Of a stretch of 64,000 bases of DNA, positions 48,029 to 58,171 are shown one piece after another. Numbering within the stretch: the first letter of the stretch is position 1; every line of letters starts with the position of its first letter. Made by a program: the position numbers and the translations under genes. Location of the stretch: the NCBI GenBank assembly GCA_963662985.1, contig OY760067.1, positions 1,407,287 to 1,471,286 of the forward strand. The letters are read 5' to 3'. The stretch is from Anaerolineales bacterium (GTDB lineage Bacteria > Chloroflexota > Anaerolineae > Anaerolineales > UBA11579). Below the pieces are notes generated by a model. It ran no database searches, was not told the origin of the DNA, and saw only the letters and a program-made list of their open reading frames with translations.

Positions 48029-51000
48029 ATGCCACCAACTCAAAATGAAAAACAAAAATTGGATATTATTACTGGTATTCTTGCCAACGGTTTAGAGTTA
48101 ACAGGCAGTATATTAAAGAATTCATATTTAGAACCGATATCGTTAGGTTTACAAGTTATTTATGGATTTGTAGATTATAAGGATTTAATTCCTGAAAATG
48201 TTAGTGAATTAAAATTTAATAAAGATTTTGAAAAAATTATCAAAAATTCAATTAAGAAATCAATCAAACACGTTCAAAAAAGTGATGAAAAAGAGCTTCT
48301 AGAAAATTTAGATGCACATCTTAAATTAGCAATTAGTAAAGAAGAAATTGATTATTCAATATCGAAAGAAACCCTTTACAACAAAATTATTTCAACAATT
48401 AAATATATATCTAAGACAGAAGTGCTTTTTTTCTCAAATGAAGAAATGAATCAATTATTTGATCACATATATTATTACTTCTTATTGGAACTTTCTGAAA
48501 ACCCAGAAATTCAAACATTTATAAATAACCAAAATTATCAATTATTACAAAATCATATTCATAATATTTCCGAATCTATTTCAGATCACGAAGCAAGGAT
48601 TGTTGATTTAGAAAAAAATAAACTATATTCCAATATTGATTTATTGCTACCCCCGCCTAAAAAAAGACGGGATTTTATCGGTCGAGAAGGAGAGCTTACC
48701 GAATATCAACAAATCCTTTCATCCTCCAATCTAGTCTTGCGCGGCATGGGAGGCATCGGCAAAACAGCTTTAATTAAATCACTGGCAGAAGAGAATGGCT
48801 TAAACTATAAAAAAATTTCTTGGTTTGACTATCAAGGTACTCTCCAAGATACCTTATTACAAGAAATTCCAGTTACGGCTGACAACGTAGAGCTAGTCTT
48901 CGCACAAAGAAAAGCCTATTTGCTTGGTCTTGATTCCTCTCACTTACTTCTTTTCGACAATGTCGAAGACCTCTCTCAATCAGAAATGGACTTTTTTAAT
49001 CAACTTCCATCCCACGTACTCATCACCACTCGCCAAAAATTAAACCTAGCCTCTTATCAAGAACAAGAATTGGAATTTTTATCCGAATCACAATGTAAAC
49101 AGCTATTTCTCAATCAAACAACTTTGAAAGATTTAGACGAACAAGAACAGCAAGCATTATCACAAATCATCATACTCACTGGCTTTCACACGCTCACCAT
49201 TGAACTTTTAGGAAATATCTTTTCTCAATCATTTGAAATCAATACCATTCAAGACCTTCTCCAAGAATTACAGGGTAATAGCTTTGACTTGCAAGACGAT
49301 CTAGCATTATATCGTCAAAATCATGAATTCTCCGGTAGCTTCTTTGAACACATGCAGAAACTCTTCGATATTTCAAAAATTATTGATCCGGAACAACGCT
49401 ATATTCTCACCAACTTATGTCTCCTCCCTTCATTACCCATCGAAGGGGCTATTTTGAAAAAATGGCTTGGGTTGGAGAATCAAAATGCAATTACACAATT
49501 AAATAAAACCGGCTGGATTCAAACCCAAAACAAATCCATCACCCTCCACAGTGTCCTCGCCGAAACCCTCAAACTTAGCCTCACCCCTTCCTACGAAGAT
49601 TGCCAAACCCTCATCGAATCCCTCGCCCAAGAAATTAACTATGATTACTCCGACATTAATCGTTATAATCCCCGCTTCTTCATACATGCGCAAACTATCG
49701 CCCAATATTTTTCTGCGCAACAAACCCAGCAGGAATCTTTAGCTTCTCTTTACCATAATATCGCGGGAGTGTATCAAGCACAAGGAGACTATCTTCGAGC
49801 CTTGGAAGGATACCAGAAAGCCTTAGGGATTATTGAAAAGGTGTTAGGGAAAGAGCATCCCTCAACGGCGACGACCTACAATAACATCGCGAGGGTGTAT
49901 GACGATATGGGAGACTATCTTCGAGCCTTGGAGGGATACCAGAAAGCCTTAGAAATTAAAGAAAAAGTGTTAGGGAAAGAGCATCCCTCAACGGCGACGA
50001 CCTACAATAACCTCGCGTTGGTGTATAAAGTACAAGGAGATTATCCCCAAGCCTTGGAGGGATACCAGAAAGCCTTAGCGATATATGAAAAGGTGTTAGG
50101 GAAAGAGCATCCCGATACGGCAATGACCTACAATAACATCGCGGGAGTGTATTATGCAAAGGGAGATTATCCCCAAGCCTTGGAGGGATACCAGAAAGCC
50201 TTAGCGATATATGAAAAGGTATTAGGGAAAGAGCATCCCGATACGGCAATGACCTACAATAACATCGCGGGAGTGTATTATGCAAAGGGAGATTATCCCC
50301 AAGCTTTGGAGGGATACAAGAAATCCTTAGCAATCCGAGAAAAGGTGTTAGGGAAAGATCATCCCGATACGGCGGGGACCTACAATAACATTGCGTTGAT
50401 GTATCAAGCACAAGGAGACTATTCCCAAGCCTTGGAGGGATACAAGAAAGCCTTAGCGATTGATGAAAAGGTGTTAGGGAAAGAGCATCCCTCAACGGCG
50501 ATGACCTACAATAACATCGCGGGAGTGTATTATGCAAAGGGAGATTATCCCCAAGCCTTGGAGGGATACAAGAAAGCCTTAGCGATTAATGAAAAGGTGT
50601 TAGGGAAAGAGCATCCCGATACGGCAATGACCTACAATAACATCGCAGGAGTGTATTATACAAAGGGAGATTATCCCCAAGCCTTGGAGGGATACCAGAA
50701 AGCCTTAGCAATCCGAGAAAAGGTGTTAGGGAAAGATCATCCCGATACGGCGGGGACCTACAATAACATTGCGTTGATGTATCAAGCACAAGGAGACTAT
50801 CCCCAAGCCTTGGAGTTTTACGAGAAAGCCTTAGCAATTGCTGAAAAAGTGTTAGGGAAAGAGCATCCAGATACGGCGACGACCTACGATAACATCGCAG
50901 GAGTGTATCGAGCACAAGGAGACTATCCCCAAGCCTTGGAGTTTTACGAGAAAGCCTTAGTGATTGATGAAAAGGTGTTAGGGAAAGAGCATCCCTCAAC

Positions 51001-51628
51001 GGCAACGACCTACAATAACATCGCGGGGGTGTATCGAGCACAAGGAGACTATCCCCAAGCCTTGGCGTTTTACGAGAAAGCCTTAGCGATAGTTGAAAAG
51101 ATGTTAGGGAAAGAGCATCCGGATACGGCGACGACCTACAATAACATCGCAGCGGTGTATCAAGCACAAGGAGACTATCCTCAAGCCTTGGCGTTTTACG
51201 AGAAAGCCTTAGCGATAGTTGAAAAGATGTTAGGGAAAGAGCATCCGGATACGGCGACGACCTACAATAACATCGCAGCGGTGTATCAAGCACAAGGAGA
51301 CTATCCTCAAGCCTTGGCGTTTTACGAGAAAGCCTTAGTGGTACGAGAAAAGGTGTTAGGGAAACAGCATCCCTCAACGGCGACGAGTTACATGAATATT
51401 TCCCTTGTTTATTATGAATTAGAAGAATATCAAATTGCGATCGAATGGATATTAAAAGCAATATTTACAAACATAGAAACATTTGGAGTAGATCATCTAA
51501 AAACAAAAAATTCAATCAATGGGCTTTACGCAAATTACCTCGCCCTCGGACACACCGAAGAAGAATTCTCTCAATATCTCTCCGACCTACTCTCAAATCC
51601 ATCCCCACCCCCTACCCAAGAAGATTAA
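48029..51628 (+). CDS. NLR-like STAND (NB-ARC-type) ATPase with a 42-aa TPR array and an unrecognised N-terminal domain
   Basis: FIGRE, GMGGIGKT Walker A, LLLFDNVE Walker B, LITTR sensor; 14 TPR units; GGAGG RBS before ATG 48029. Confidence 0.9.
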   Translation: MPPTQNEKQKLDIITGILANGLELTGSILKNSYLEPISLGLQVIYGFVDYKDLIPENVSELKFNKDFEKIIKNSIKKSIKHVQKSDEKELLENLDAHLKLAISKEEIDYSISKETLYNKIISTIKYISKTEVLFFSNEEMNQLFDHIYYYFLLELSENPEIQTFINNQNYQLLQNHIHNISESISDHEARIVDLEKNKLYSNIDLLLPPPKKRRDFIGREGELTEYQQILSSSNLVLRGMGGIGKTALIKSLAEENGLNYKKISWFDYQGTLQDTLLQEIPVTADNVELVFAQRKAYLLGLDSSHLLLFDNVEDLSQSEMDFFNQLPSHVLITTRQKLNLASYQEQELEFLSESQCKQLFLNQTTLKDLDEQEQQALSQIIILTGFHTLTIELLGNIFSQSFEINTIQDLLQELQGNSFDLQDDLALYRQNHEFSGSFFEHMQKLFDISKIIDPEQRYILTNLCLLPSLPIEGAILKKWLGLENQNAITQLNKTGWIQTQNKSITLHSVLAETLKLSLTPSYEDCQTLIESLAQEINYDYSDINRYNPRFFIHAQTIAQYFSAQQTQQESLASLYHNIAGVYQAQGDYLRALEGYQKALGIIEKVLGKEHPSTATTYNNIARVYDDMGDYLRALEGYQKALEIKEKVLGKEHPSTATTYNNLALVYKVQGDYPQALEGYQKALAIYEKVLGKEHPDTAMTYNNIAGVYYAKGDYPQALEGYQKALAIYEKVLGKEHPDTAMTYNNIAGVYYAKGDYPQALEGYKKSLAIREKVLGKDHPDTAGTYNNIALMYQAQGDYSQALEGYKKALAIDEKVLGKEHPSTAMTYNNIAGVYYAKGDYPQALEGYKKALAINEKVLGKEHPDTAMTYNNIAGVYYTKGDYPQALEGYQKALAIREKVLGKDHPDTAGTYNNIALMYQAQGDYPQALEFYEKALAIAEKVLGKEHPDTATTYDNIAGVYRAQGDYPQALEFYEKALVIDEKVLGKEHPSTATTYNNIAGVYRAQGDYPQALAFYEKALAIVEKMLGKEHPDTATTYNNIAAVYQAQGDYPQALAFYEKALAIVEKMLGKEHPDTATTYNNIAAVYQAQGDYPQALAFYEKALVVREKVLGKQHPSTATSYMNISLVYYELEEYQIAIEWILKAIFTNIETFGVDHLKTKNSINGLYANYLALGHTEEEFSQYLSDLLSNPSPPPTQED
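49730..51493 (+). repeat. Intragenic tandem array of 14 x 126-bp TPR-coding units
   Basis: CAT-CC anchor recurs every 126 bp from 49856 to 51368; internal units are highly similar at the DNA level. Confidence 0.95.
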
Positions 51629-51679
51629 TTTCAGGTATCCTTAAGCCGACAAATTAACCAAAAATTGGAGGAAACCCTT

Positions 51680-52237
51680 ATGATAAATGATGCCCTAAAA
51701 GACGCCAAAAGTCGCATGGCTTCCGCCGTGTCCGTCCTAGAAGATGACCTCGCAGGCATTCGCACCGGCCGTGCCACCCCTGCTTTGGTAGACAAGCTGC
51801 AGGTCGAATACTACGGCATGCCCACCCCCCTCATGCAGCTCGCCACCATCTCCGTGCCCGAGCCGCGCCAACTCCTCATTCGCCCCTTTGATGCCGGCTC
51901 TGTCAATGATGTCATCAAAGCCATTCAATCGTCCGATCTCGGCCTCACCCCCAACAGTGACGGCAAACAAATCCGTCTCAACCTCCCCCCCCTCACCGAA
52001 GAACGCCGCCGTGACCTTGCCAAAGTCGTCAGCTCTCGCGTAGAAGATGCCAAAGTTGCCGTCCGCAATGTCCGCCGCGATGTCATCAAAGACCTCCGCG
52101 AATATGAAAATGAAAAAATGATCTCCGAAGACGATCTCAAACACGGTGAAGACGAAGTCCAAAAACTCACCGATGAATTCACCGAAAAGATCGACAAAAT
52201 CGGTGACAAAAAGAACGACGAAATCATGGAAGTCTAA
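51680..52237 (+). CDS. frr: Ribosome recycling factor
   Basis: IRTGRA.P, YYG..TPL, LTEERR, VRNVRRD; GGAGG RBS. Confidence 0.97.
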   Translation: MINDALKDAKSRMASAVSVLEDDLAGIRTGRATPALVDKLQVEYYGMPTPLMQLATISVPEPRQLLIRPFDAGSVNDVIKAIQSSDLGLTPNSDGKQIRLNLPPLTEERRRDLAKVVSSRVEDAKVAVRNVRRDVIKDLREYENEKMISEDDLKHGEDEVQKLTDEFTEKIDKIGDKKNDEIMEV

Positions 52238-52244
52238 CCTCCCC

Positions 52245-52961
52245 ATGACCGAAACAAAAACCTATCCGCCCCTCAACGCCATCCCCACCCATGTGGGGAT
52301 GATTATGGACGGCAACGGACGCTGGGCCAAATCACGCGGTCTTCCTCGCCTTGCCGGCCACCGCGCTGGCACAGAAAACATCCGCGAGATTGTCAAAGCC
52401 AGCGTAGATTTTGGCGTGCAAGTCATCACCCTCTATGCCTTCTCCACCGAAAACTGGGGTCGCCCCGAGCAAGAGGTCAGCGGACTCATGGGCATCTTCA
52501 GCGAAGTCTTTGAAAAAGAACTCGCCGAACTGCACAAACAAAATGTAAAAGTTGTTCACATCGGGCGCAAACAAGGCATCCCCAAAAACATCCTCGAAAA
52601 AATCGAGCGTGGCGAACAAGTCACCAAAGACAACACCGCCCTCACCTTGTGCCTTGCCTTCAACTACGGTGGCCGAGACGAAATCCGTTACGCCATCCAA
52701 AACATCGTCCAACAAGGCATCCCTGCTGAAGAAATCACCGATGATCTCATCAGCGCCCACATGTTCACCCAAGGCATCCCCGATCCAGACCTCATCATCC
52801 GCACCTCGGGCGAACAACGCACCAGCAACTTCCTCGTCTGGCAATCGGTCTATGCCGAATGGGTATTCCCCCAAGTCTATTGGCCCGATTTTGATCGAGA
52901 TGAATATTATCAAGCCCTTCAAAGCTACGCAGATCGCAACCGTCGCTTTGGCAAATTATAG
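52245..52961 (+). CDS. uppS: Undecaprenyl diphosphate synthase (cis-prenyltransferase)
   Basis: IMDGNGRWA, YAFSTENW.RP, NYGGR.EI, IRTSGE.R.SNF. Confidence 0.96.
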   Translation: MTETKTYPPLNAIPTHVGMIMDGNGRWAKSRGLPRLAGHRAGTENIREIVKASVDFGVQVITLYAFSTENWGRPEQEVSGLMGIFSEVFEKELAELHKQNVKVVHIGRKQGIPKNILEKIERGEQVTKDNTALTLCLAFNYGGRDEIRYAIQNIVQQGIPAEEITDDLISAHMFTQGIPDPDLIIRTSGEQRTSNFLVWQSVYAEWVFPQVYWPDFDRDEYYQALQSYADRNRRFGKL

Positions 52962-52971
52962 GAGAAATGTA

Positions 52972-53793
52972 GTGAAAGATCGCATCGGCGTTATCCTCAT
53001 CCTCTTACCCATCGGCATAGCCGCCATCATTTTAGGTGGAGTCTGGTTTATGCTTCTCGTTGGCCTGCTTCTTTCCATTGCGGTCTTCGAATTTTCCCGT
53101 CTTTTTAACAAACAAGGAGTTCGTTCTGCCCTTGTCTGGTCGCTCATCGCCACTGTCGCCATTGTCGTTATTCGACAATTCTTTGGCTTTCAATATGATC
53201 AATACCTCCTCCCTGTCCTCATCCTAGGCGCCATGACCCTCCATCTCAGCTTCTTCGAAAAAGGTGTCAACAACAGCGCCACCAGCCTCGGCATCACCCT
53301 CACCTCCATTTTCTATATCGCCTATCTTGGCTCATTTATGATTGCTCTTCGCAACCTTGATAATGGCATGTGGTGGTTTTTGCTCTCCTTGCCCAGTGGT
53401 TGGTTTGCAGATTCCGGCGCCTACGAAATTGGCACCCGATGGGGCAAACATAAAATGGCCCCACTCCTCAGTCCCAAAAAATCTTGGGAAGGCTACTTCG
53501 GTGGTGTCGCTACCAGCATTCTTGGCATCTGCCTGCTTGTTTTCATCTTCCAAAAGCTAGGCATGCCCGCCGATCTCATCACCTACCCCCAAGCCATCAT
53601 TCTCGGTGTACTCATGGGTTTCTTGCCCACCTTGGGCGATCTCGGTGCCAGCATGGTCAAACGCCAAGCCCACGAAAAAGACTCCGGCACCCTCCTCAAA
53701 GGCCACGGTGGTGTCTTTGACCGCATTGATTCCTGGCTGTGGATGGGCTTTATCGGCTATGTCTTTGTTACCCTCTTAGAATTATTCAAATAA
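52972..53793 (+). CDS. cdsA: Phosphatidate cytidylyltransferase
   Basis: DSGAY, SPKKSWEG, GDL..S..KR...KDSG...GHGG..DR.DS; GTG start after AGGAG. Confidence 0.94.
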   Translation: MKDRIGVILILLPIGIAAIILGGVWFMLLVGLLLSIAVFEFSRLFNKQGVRSALVWSLIATVAIVVIRQFFGFQYDQYLLPVLILGAMTLHLSFFEKGVNNSATSLGITLTSIFYIAYLGSFMIALRNLDNGMWWFLLSLPSGWFADSGAYEIGTRWGKHKMAPLLSPKKSWEGYFGGVATSILGICLLVFIFQKLGMPADLITYPQAIILGVLMGFLPTLGDLGASMVKRQAHEKDSGTLLKGHGGVFDRIDSWLWMGFIGYVFVTLLELFK

Positions 53794-53798
53794 ATATA

Positions 53799-53828
53799 AA
53801 AAAAAGGATTCGTAAGAATCCTTTTTTT
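53799..53828 (+). terminator. Intrinsic terminator
   Basis: AAAAAAAGGATTC-GTAA-GAATCCTTTTTTT. Confidence 0.85.
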
Positions 53829-53951
53829 ATTCATGGCTCTCAAATCAAACAAACCTAACAAATGTTTAATATTAATAAGTTGTAAATTCAATTTTTTTAT
53901 ATAAAACTATAATAGAAATTAACCAACTCGCAAAAAATTTAAGGAGTTTTT

Positions 53952-54701
53952 ATGAAAAAAATAGTATTTGCATTTATGATTTTACTTTTGGTCATTCCCA
54001 TGATCTTTGGTTCAGTTTTTGCCCAAGATCCCACTGAAGAACCTACCCAAGAACCCATTGTTGAGGGAACCCCACAAGCACCAGCCAATGAAATTGATCT
54101 TGACGCCTTAGCAACTGCCCTCGGCATCACACCTGAAGAACTTCAAGCACGCATCGCCATGGGCGCAGAACTTTCTGCCCTTTATGAAGAAGCTGGCCTT
54201 TCCGTTCCATATTTCCAAGTTTCCCATGCTGCCTTAGCAGAAGTGCTTGGCATCACCCTTGAAGAATTAGAAGCCCGTTTAGATGCAGGTGAAACCCTTG
54301 CGGATTTACATGTTGAAGCAGGCTTTAGTCTTTTTACCTTTGAATTGCAAAACAACCTTGGCAAATCAAATCTCGCCACTGCCTTAGGCATTACAGTAGA
54401 AGAATTGAACCAACGTCTGGATGATGGCGAAAAAATGCTAGATCTACGTATAGAAGCAGGTTTCCATCCCGAACAAAGCAATGCTCGTGGTCTAAAATTT
54501 GTTGCAGATGAATTAGGTCTCACAACTGAACAATTAGAAGACCAAATGTCAGAATATTTTGATGATTTCTATGATGGCACTGGTGTTGAAGAACCAACGC
54601 TCAAAACAAATAACGGCAATGGCAACGACAAAGAAAAAACAAATAATGGCCAAGGCAATGATAAAGAAAAAACCAACAATGCCGGTGGCAAAAAGAAATA
54701 A
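53952..54701 (+). CDS. Secreted acidic helical-repeat protein, paralog 1
   Basis: Signal peptide ending VFA-Q; about 4 LA..LGIT.EEL..R...G repeats; Gly/Asn/Lys-rich tail. Confidence 0.82.
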   Translation: MKKIVFAFMILLLVIPMIFGSVFAQDPTEEPTQEPIVEGTPQAPANEIDLDALATALGITPEELQARIAMGAELSALYEEAGLSVPYFQVSHAALAEVLGITLEELEARLDAGETLADLHVEAGFSLFTFELQNNLGKSNLATALGITVEELNQRLDDGEKMLDLRIEAGFHPEQSNARGLKFVADELGLTTEQLEDQMSEYFDDFYDGTGVEEPTLKTNNGNGNDKEKTNNGQGNDKEKTNNAGGKKK

Positions 54702-54723
54702 ATAAGTAATAAAATAAAAAACA

Positions 54724-54748
54724 AAAGCACTCGAAAGAGTGCTTTTTT
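54724..54748 (+). terminator. Intrinsic terminator
   Basis: AAAGCACTC-GAAA-GAGTGCTTTTTT. Confidence 0.85.
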
Positions 54749-54866
54749 CATATATAGACAAATAATCTCTTGACTGCAAACAAATAATTTCTTAATAACT
54801 TTTTTCTATAATCAATTCAGATTATTCAATTAGGTTAGTAGAATCAATTAGAAAAAAGGAGCCAAA

Positions 54867-55646
54867 ATGAATACAAAAAGAATCATCATAACATTAATGG
54901 TAATACTATTGCTTGCAACAATGGCAATTCCTACATTTGCACAAGGCGGCAATCCTCCTCGCAAAAATCAATATCAAGATCAACTATTAATAGATGCCTT
55001 AGGCATAACTGTTGATGAATTGCATGATCGTCTTGATGCAGGTGAAAACATCGAAGATCTTTACGCACAAGCTGGTTTAGAAATGCCTACCTTCCGTGAA
55101 GTGATGATCGCTCGTGGTCGTTCAGGGTTTGTACAACTCGCAGATGCACTTGGTATCACCGTAGACGAACTTGAAGCACGAATCGATGCTGGAGAATTAA
55201 TGGCAGATCTTTATGCAGAAGCCGGTTTAGAAATGCCCGCAGCATATTCAGAATTAGGCGAATTGCTTTCTGCCTTAGACATCACTGCTGATGAATTACG
55301 TGATTTACTTCAAAATGGTGCAACCATCCAAGAACTATATGAACAAGCTGGCATTGATCTCCCTATCCTTTTCAGAAATTCTCCTTATGCAGACCTCGCA
55401 GAAGCGCTTGGCATAACTACACAAGAACTTAATGATCGCATCACAGAGTTCTATCAAGGTCTATATGATGAAGCAGGGTTAGAAATGCCAGATACTTTTG
55501 GAAATGGTGTTTTTGGTCGCCCAGATGGAGATTTTTCCCCAAATATGCCAATGAATAATGGCGTAGCACCACAAGGTGGTGGTCAAATGGGAGGTGGTAG
55601 AGGACCAAATAATTCAACCACTTCCACCGAAACAGTTGAAGAATAA
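54867..55646 (+). CDS. Secreted acidic helical-repeat protein, paralog 2
   Basis: Signal peptide ending TFA-Q; 4 ALGIT.DEL..R..AGE...DLY..AGLEMP-type repeats; Gly/Met-rich tail. Confidence 0.82.
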   Translation: MNTKRIIITLMVILLLATMAIPTFAQGGNPPRKNQYQDQLLIDALGITVDELHDRLDAGENIEDLYAQAGLEMPTFREVMIARGRSGFVQLADALGITVDELEARIDAGELMADLYAEAGLEMPAAYSELGELLSALDITADELRDLLQNGATIQELYEQAGIDLPILFRNSPYADLAEALGITTQELNDRITEFYQGLYDEAGLEMPDTFGNGVFGRPDGDFSPNMPMNNGVAPQGGGQMGGGRGPNNSTTSTETVEE

Positions 55647-55778
55647 TATTCTCTCCCTATAGAACGTTATTTAATTAAGTAGCACCTTCACATGAAGGTG
55701 CTACCGTTCGGTTTTTTGATTTTAGATTTTGTAAAAATTTGATATGATTAATAAAAAAGTTAGTAGGTCGGTATACAT

Positions 55779-56468
55779 ATGGCGAAAATTCTGATTGTTG
55801 AAGATGAAAAACAAATTGCCCAAGGTGTCAAACGTTATCTTGAAAACGAAGGCTACCAAGTTTTTATGGCACATGATGGCATTACAGGTTTGGATATGGC
55901 ATTTGAAATTATTCCAGATTTGATGATCCTCGATTTGATGCTCCCCGGCAAAAATGGATACGATGTTTGCAAAGAAGTTCAACGAGAAATGGATATTCCC
56001 ATCATCATGCTCACCGCCCGAGCGGATGAAATGGATATGGTACTTGGCTTAGAAATGGGTGCAGATGACTATATCACCAAACCATTTAGCCCAAGAGAAT
56101 TGGTAGCCCGTGTACACGCCACCTTACGCCGCATGGATAAAAGCAAATCTAAAGGGAATATTGATCAAGAAGTTCAATTTGGTGAATTTACTTATATCAG
56201 TAATAATCATATGTTATTAAATAAAGATGGAGAAGAAATCCCCCTCACCCCCATTGAAAATGCCATCTTAGAATATTTTATTCTCAATAAAAATCTTGCC
56301 CTTAGCCGCAATCAAATTCTTGATGGGGCTGGGTTGGGCGCTTTTGAAGGTGTTCAACGTACAATTGACGTTCATGTTTATAACCTTCGCCAGAAAATTG
56401 AAAAGAACCCAACTGAACCTGAATTCATCAAAACAGTTTACGGTGTTGGCTACCGTTTTACAATATAA
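55779..56468 (+). CDS. OmpR-family response regulator
   Basis: VEDE, LDLMLP, DDYITKPF, TVYGVGYR. Confidence 0.95.
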   Translation: MAKILIVEDEKQIAQGVKRYLENEGYQVFMAHDGITGLDMAFEIIPDLMILDLMLPGKNGYDVCKEVQREMDIPIIMLTARADEMDMVLGLEMGADDYITKPFSPRELVARVHATLRRMDKSKSKGNIDQEVQFGEFTYISNNHMLLNKDGEEIPLTPIENAILEYFILNKNLALSRNQILDGAGLGAFEGVQRTIDVHVYNLRQKIEKNPTEPEFIKTVYGVGYRFTI

Positions 56469-56484
56469 AAAGAAAGTACAATAA

Positions 56485-58119
56485 ATGAAATCAACCCTAA
56501 CTCAAAAAATTATTCTCCGCATCATTCTCATCGTTTTGCTCTCGATGGTTTTATTTACTGTGTTAGGGAATCGTATCATTAGCGGTCGTTTTGAAGAATT
56601 TTCTTTTACCCTTGGGAAAAGATATGCTCAACAAATTGCTACCCAATTATCAATTGAATATGAGGATTACCAAAATTGGGATCAAGCATTAACAATTATG
56701 GATTCTCTCAATCCAATAAATGAATTTGAAAACGGTAATCCAAATGAAGATGGCGCCGGACCAATAAACTCTGGCTTGGGTCAAGGCCAAGGACTAGGTC
56801 TTGGTCAAGGTCTTGGACAAGGTCAAGGGCAAGGAAACAACCCTATCCCTACCGAACCCTCTTTTGAGGATTTTCCTGGCACCCCTACTCCTACAACAAT
56901 TAGTGGAACGTTTCGTTCAATCATCGATTTATTAACCAATAATAATGACAATGAAATTACTGAAACACCACAAGACATTCATATCCCTCAACGAGGAAAT
57001 ATTCAAAACATCAATAGAGAAACGATCATTGTATTTGATCAAGATAAAAAAATGATCTTTGTCGCGGATACAAACCAGCTCCTCACTGATATTAATCCTT
57101 ATGATTATGAGAATGAATGGATTCCAGTGAATTTTGAAAATCAGGTTGTTGGTTACGTAATGGTTGGCTCTACATCGGGAATCTTGCCCATTGCCCAAAA
57201 AGTACTTCTTAATCAAATCACATTTTTAATCATTCTCATGGGGCTCTTTATAGGCTCATTTATTATCCTGATTACATATTTACAGATGAAGCGCATTATC
57301 CGCCCGCTAAAAGAACTTTCAGAATCTTCAGCAGCCATTGCCCAAGGCAACCTCGAACAACATATTGAAATTAACTCCACCGATGAGATTGGAGACCTCG
57401 CGTATTCATTTAATCAAATGGCTGCCGACCTAAAAGAACAACAATTGTTGCGAAAAAGAACCACAGCAGATATAGCCCACGAACTTCGTACACCTTTGAC
57501 AGTTATGCAGATAGATCTTGAAAGTATCGAAGATGGCATTCTTAAACCAGACCTGGATGTCATCCAACGCCTTCAATATCAAGTCTCTCACCTTGGGAAC
57601 ATGGTCAATGATTTACGCATTCTTTCTCTTTCGGATGCGGGTGAATTAGTCTTAGAAAAAGAGATCTTAGATATGGTGCCATTTATGGATGGGTTTATAG
57701 AGCGAATGCGTTCATTAGGTACTGAGAAAAACATACAATTTGTAAAAGATTTTAAAACCCAACAAGCCTTGGCTATTTTTGATGCCAAACGCATTACCCA
57801 AGTATTTACCAACCTTCTCCATAATGCCTTGCGTCATTCACCCAACAATAGCCAGATCACATTTGGGCTTGAAAAGCAAAAAGAAAAAGTTTTGATCTCA
57901 ATTTCAGATCAAGGCGAAGGTATACCCGCTGATAAATTAGAGGTGATTTTTAATCGTTTCTATCGTTTAGAAGAAGCGCGTTCCCGTGATACAGGTGGAT
58001 CAGGGCTTGGGCTTGCCATCTGCAAAAACTTAATTGAGGAACATGGTGGCAGAATTTGGGCAAAGAGTGAAATAGGGAAAGGAACAACATTTTATATAGA
58101 ACTTCCGATTCATTCTTAA
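56485..58119 (+). CDS. HAMP sensor histidine kinase (BaeS-like)
   Basis: Two TMs, HAMP, AHELRTPL, NLLHNAL, D.GEG, GGSGLGL. Confidence 0.95.
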   Translation: MKSTLTQKIILRIILIVLLSMVLFTVLGNRIISGRFEEFSFTLGKRYAQQIATQLSIEYEDYQNWDQALTIMDSLNPINEFENGNPNEDGAGPINSGLGQGQGLGLGQGLGQGQGQGNNPIPTEPSFEDFPGTPTPTTISGTFRSIIDLLTNNNDNEITETPQDIHIPQRGNIQNINRETIIVFDQDKKMIFVADTNQLLTDINPYDYENEWIPVNFENQVVGYVMVGSTSGILPIAQKVLLNQITFLIILMGLFIGSFIILITYLQMKRIIRPLKELSESSAAIAQGNLEQHIEINSTDEIGDLAYSFNQMAADLKEQQLLRKRTTADIAHELRTPLTVMQIDLESIEDGILKPDLDVIQRLQYQVSHLGNMVNDLRILSLSDAGELVLEKEILDMVPFMDGFIERMRSLGTEKNIQFVKDFKTQQALAIFDAKRITQVFTNLLHNALRHSPNNSQITFGLEKQKEKVLISISDQGEGIPADKLEVIFNRFYRLEEARSRDTGGSGLGLAICKNLIEEHGGRIWAKSEIGKGTTFYIELPIHS

Positions 58120-58171
58120 CAATCCCTAAATCCTCACTTATTGACGCTCTCCTTAATTCAAGCTATCATAG

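Noticed and set aside
49956-51461. Repetitive antisense ORFs of 193 and 291 aa
   Set aside because: Mirror products of the TPR array
49730-51493. 126-bp periodic repeats as a CRISPR array or DGR
   Set aside because: Repeats are in-frame TPR codons with no unique spacers; no cas or reverse transcriptase gene is in the window, and variation is not confined to adenines
52552-52971. Long N-terminal extension of cdsA
   Set aside because: Lies within uppS in another frame; the RBS supports GTG 52972
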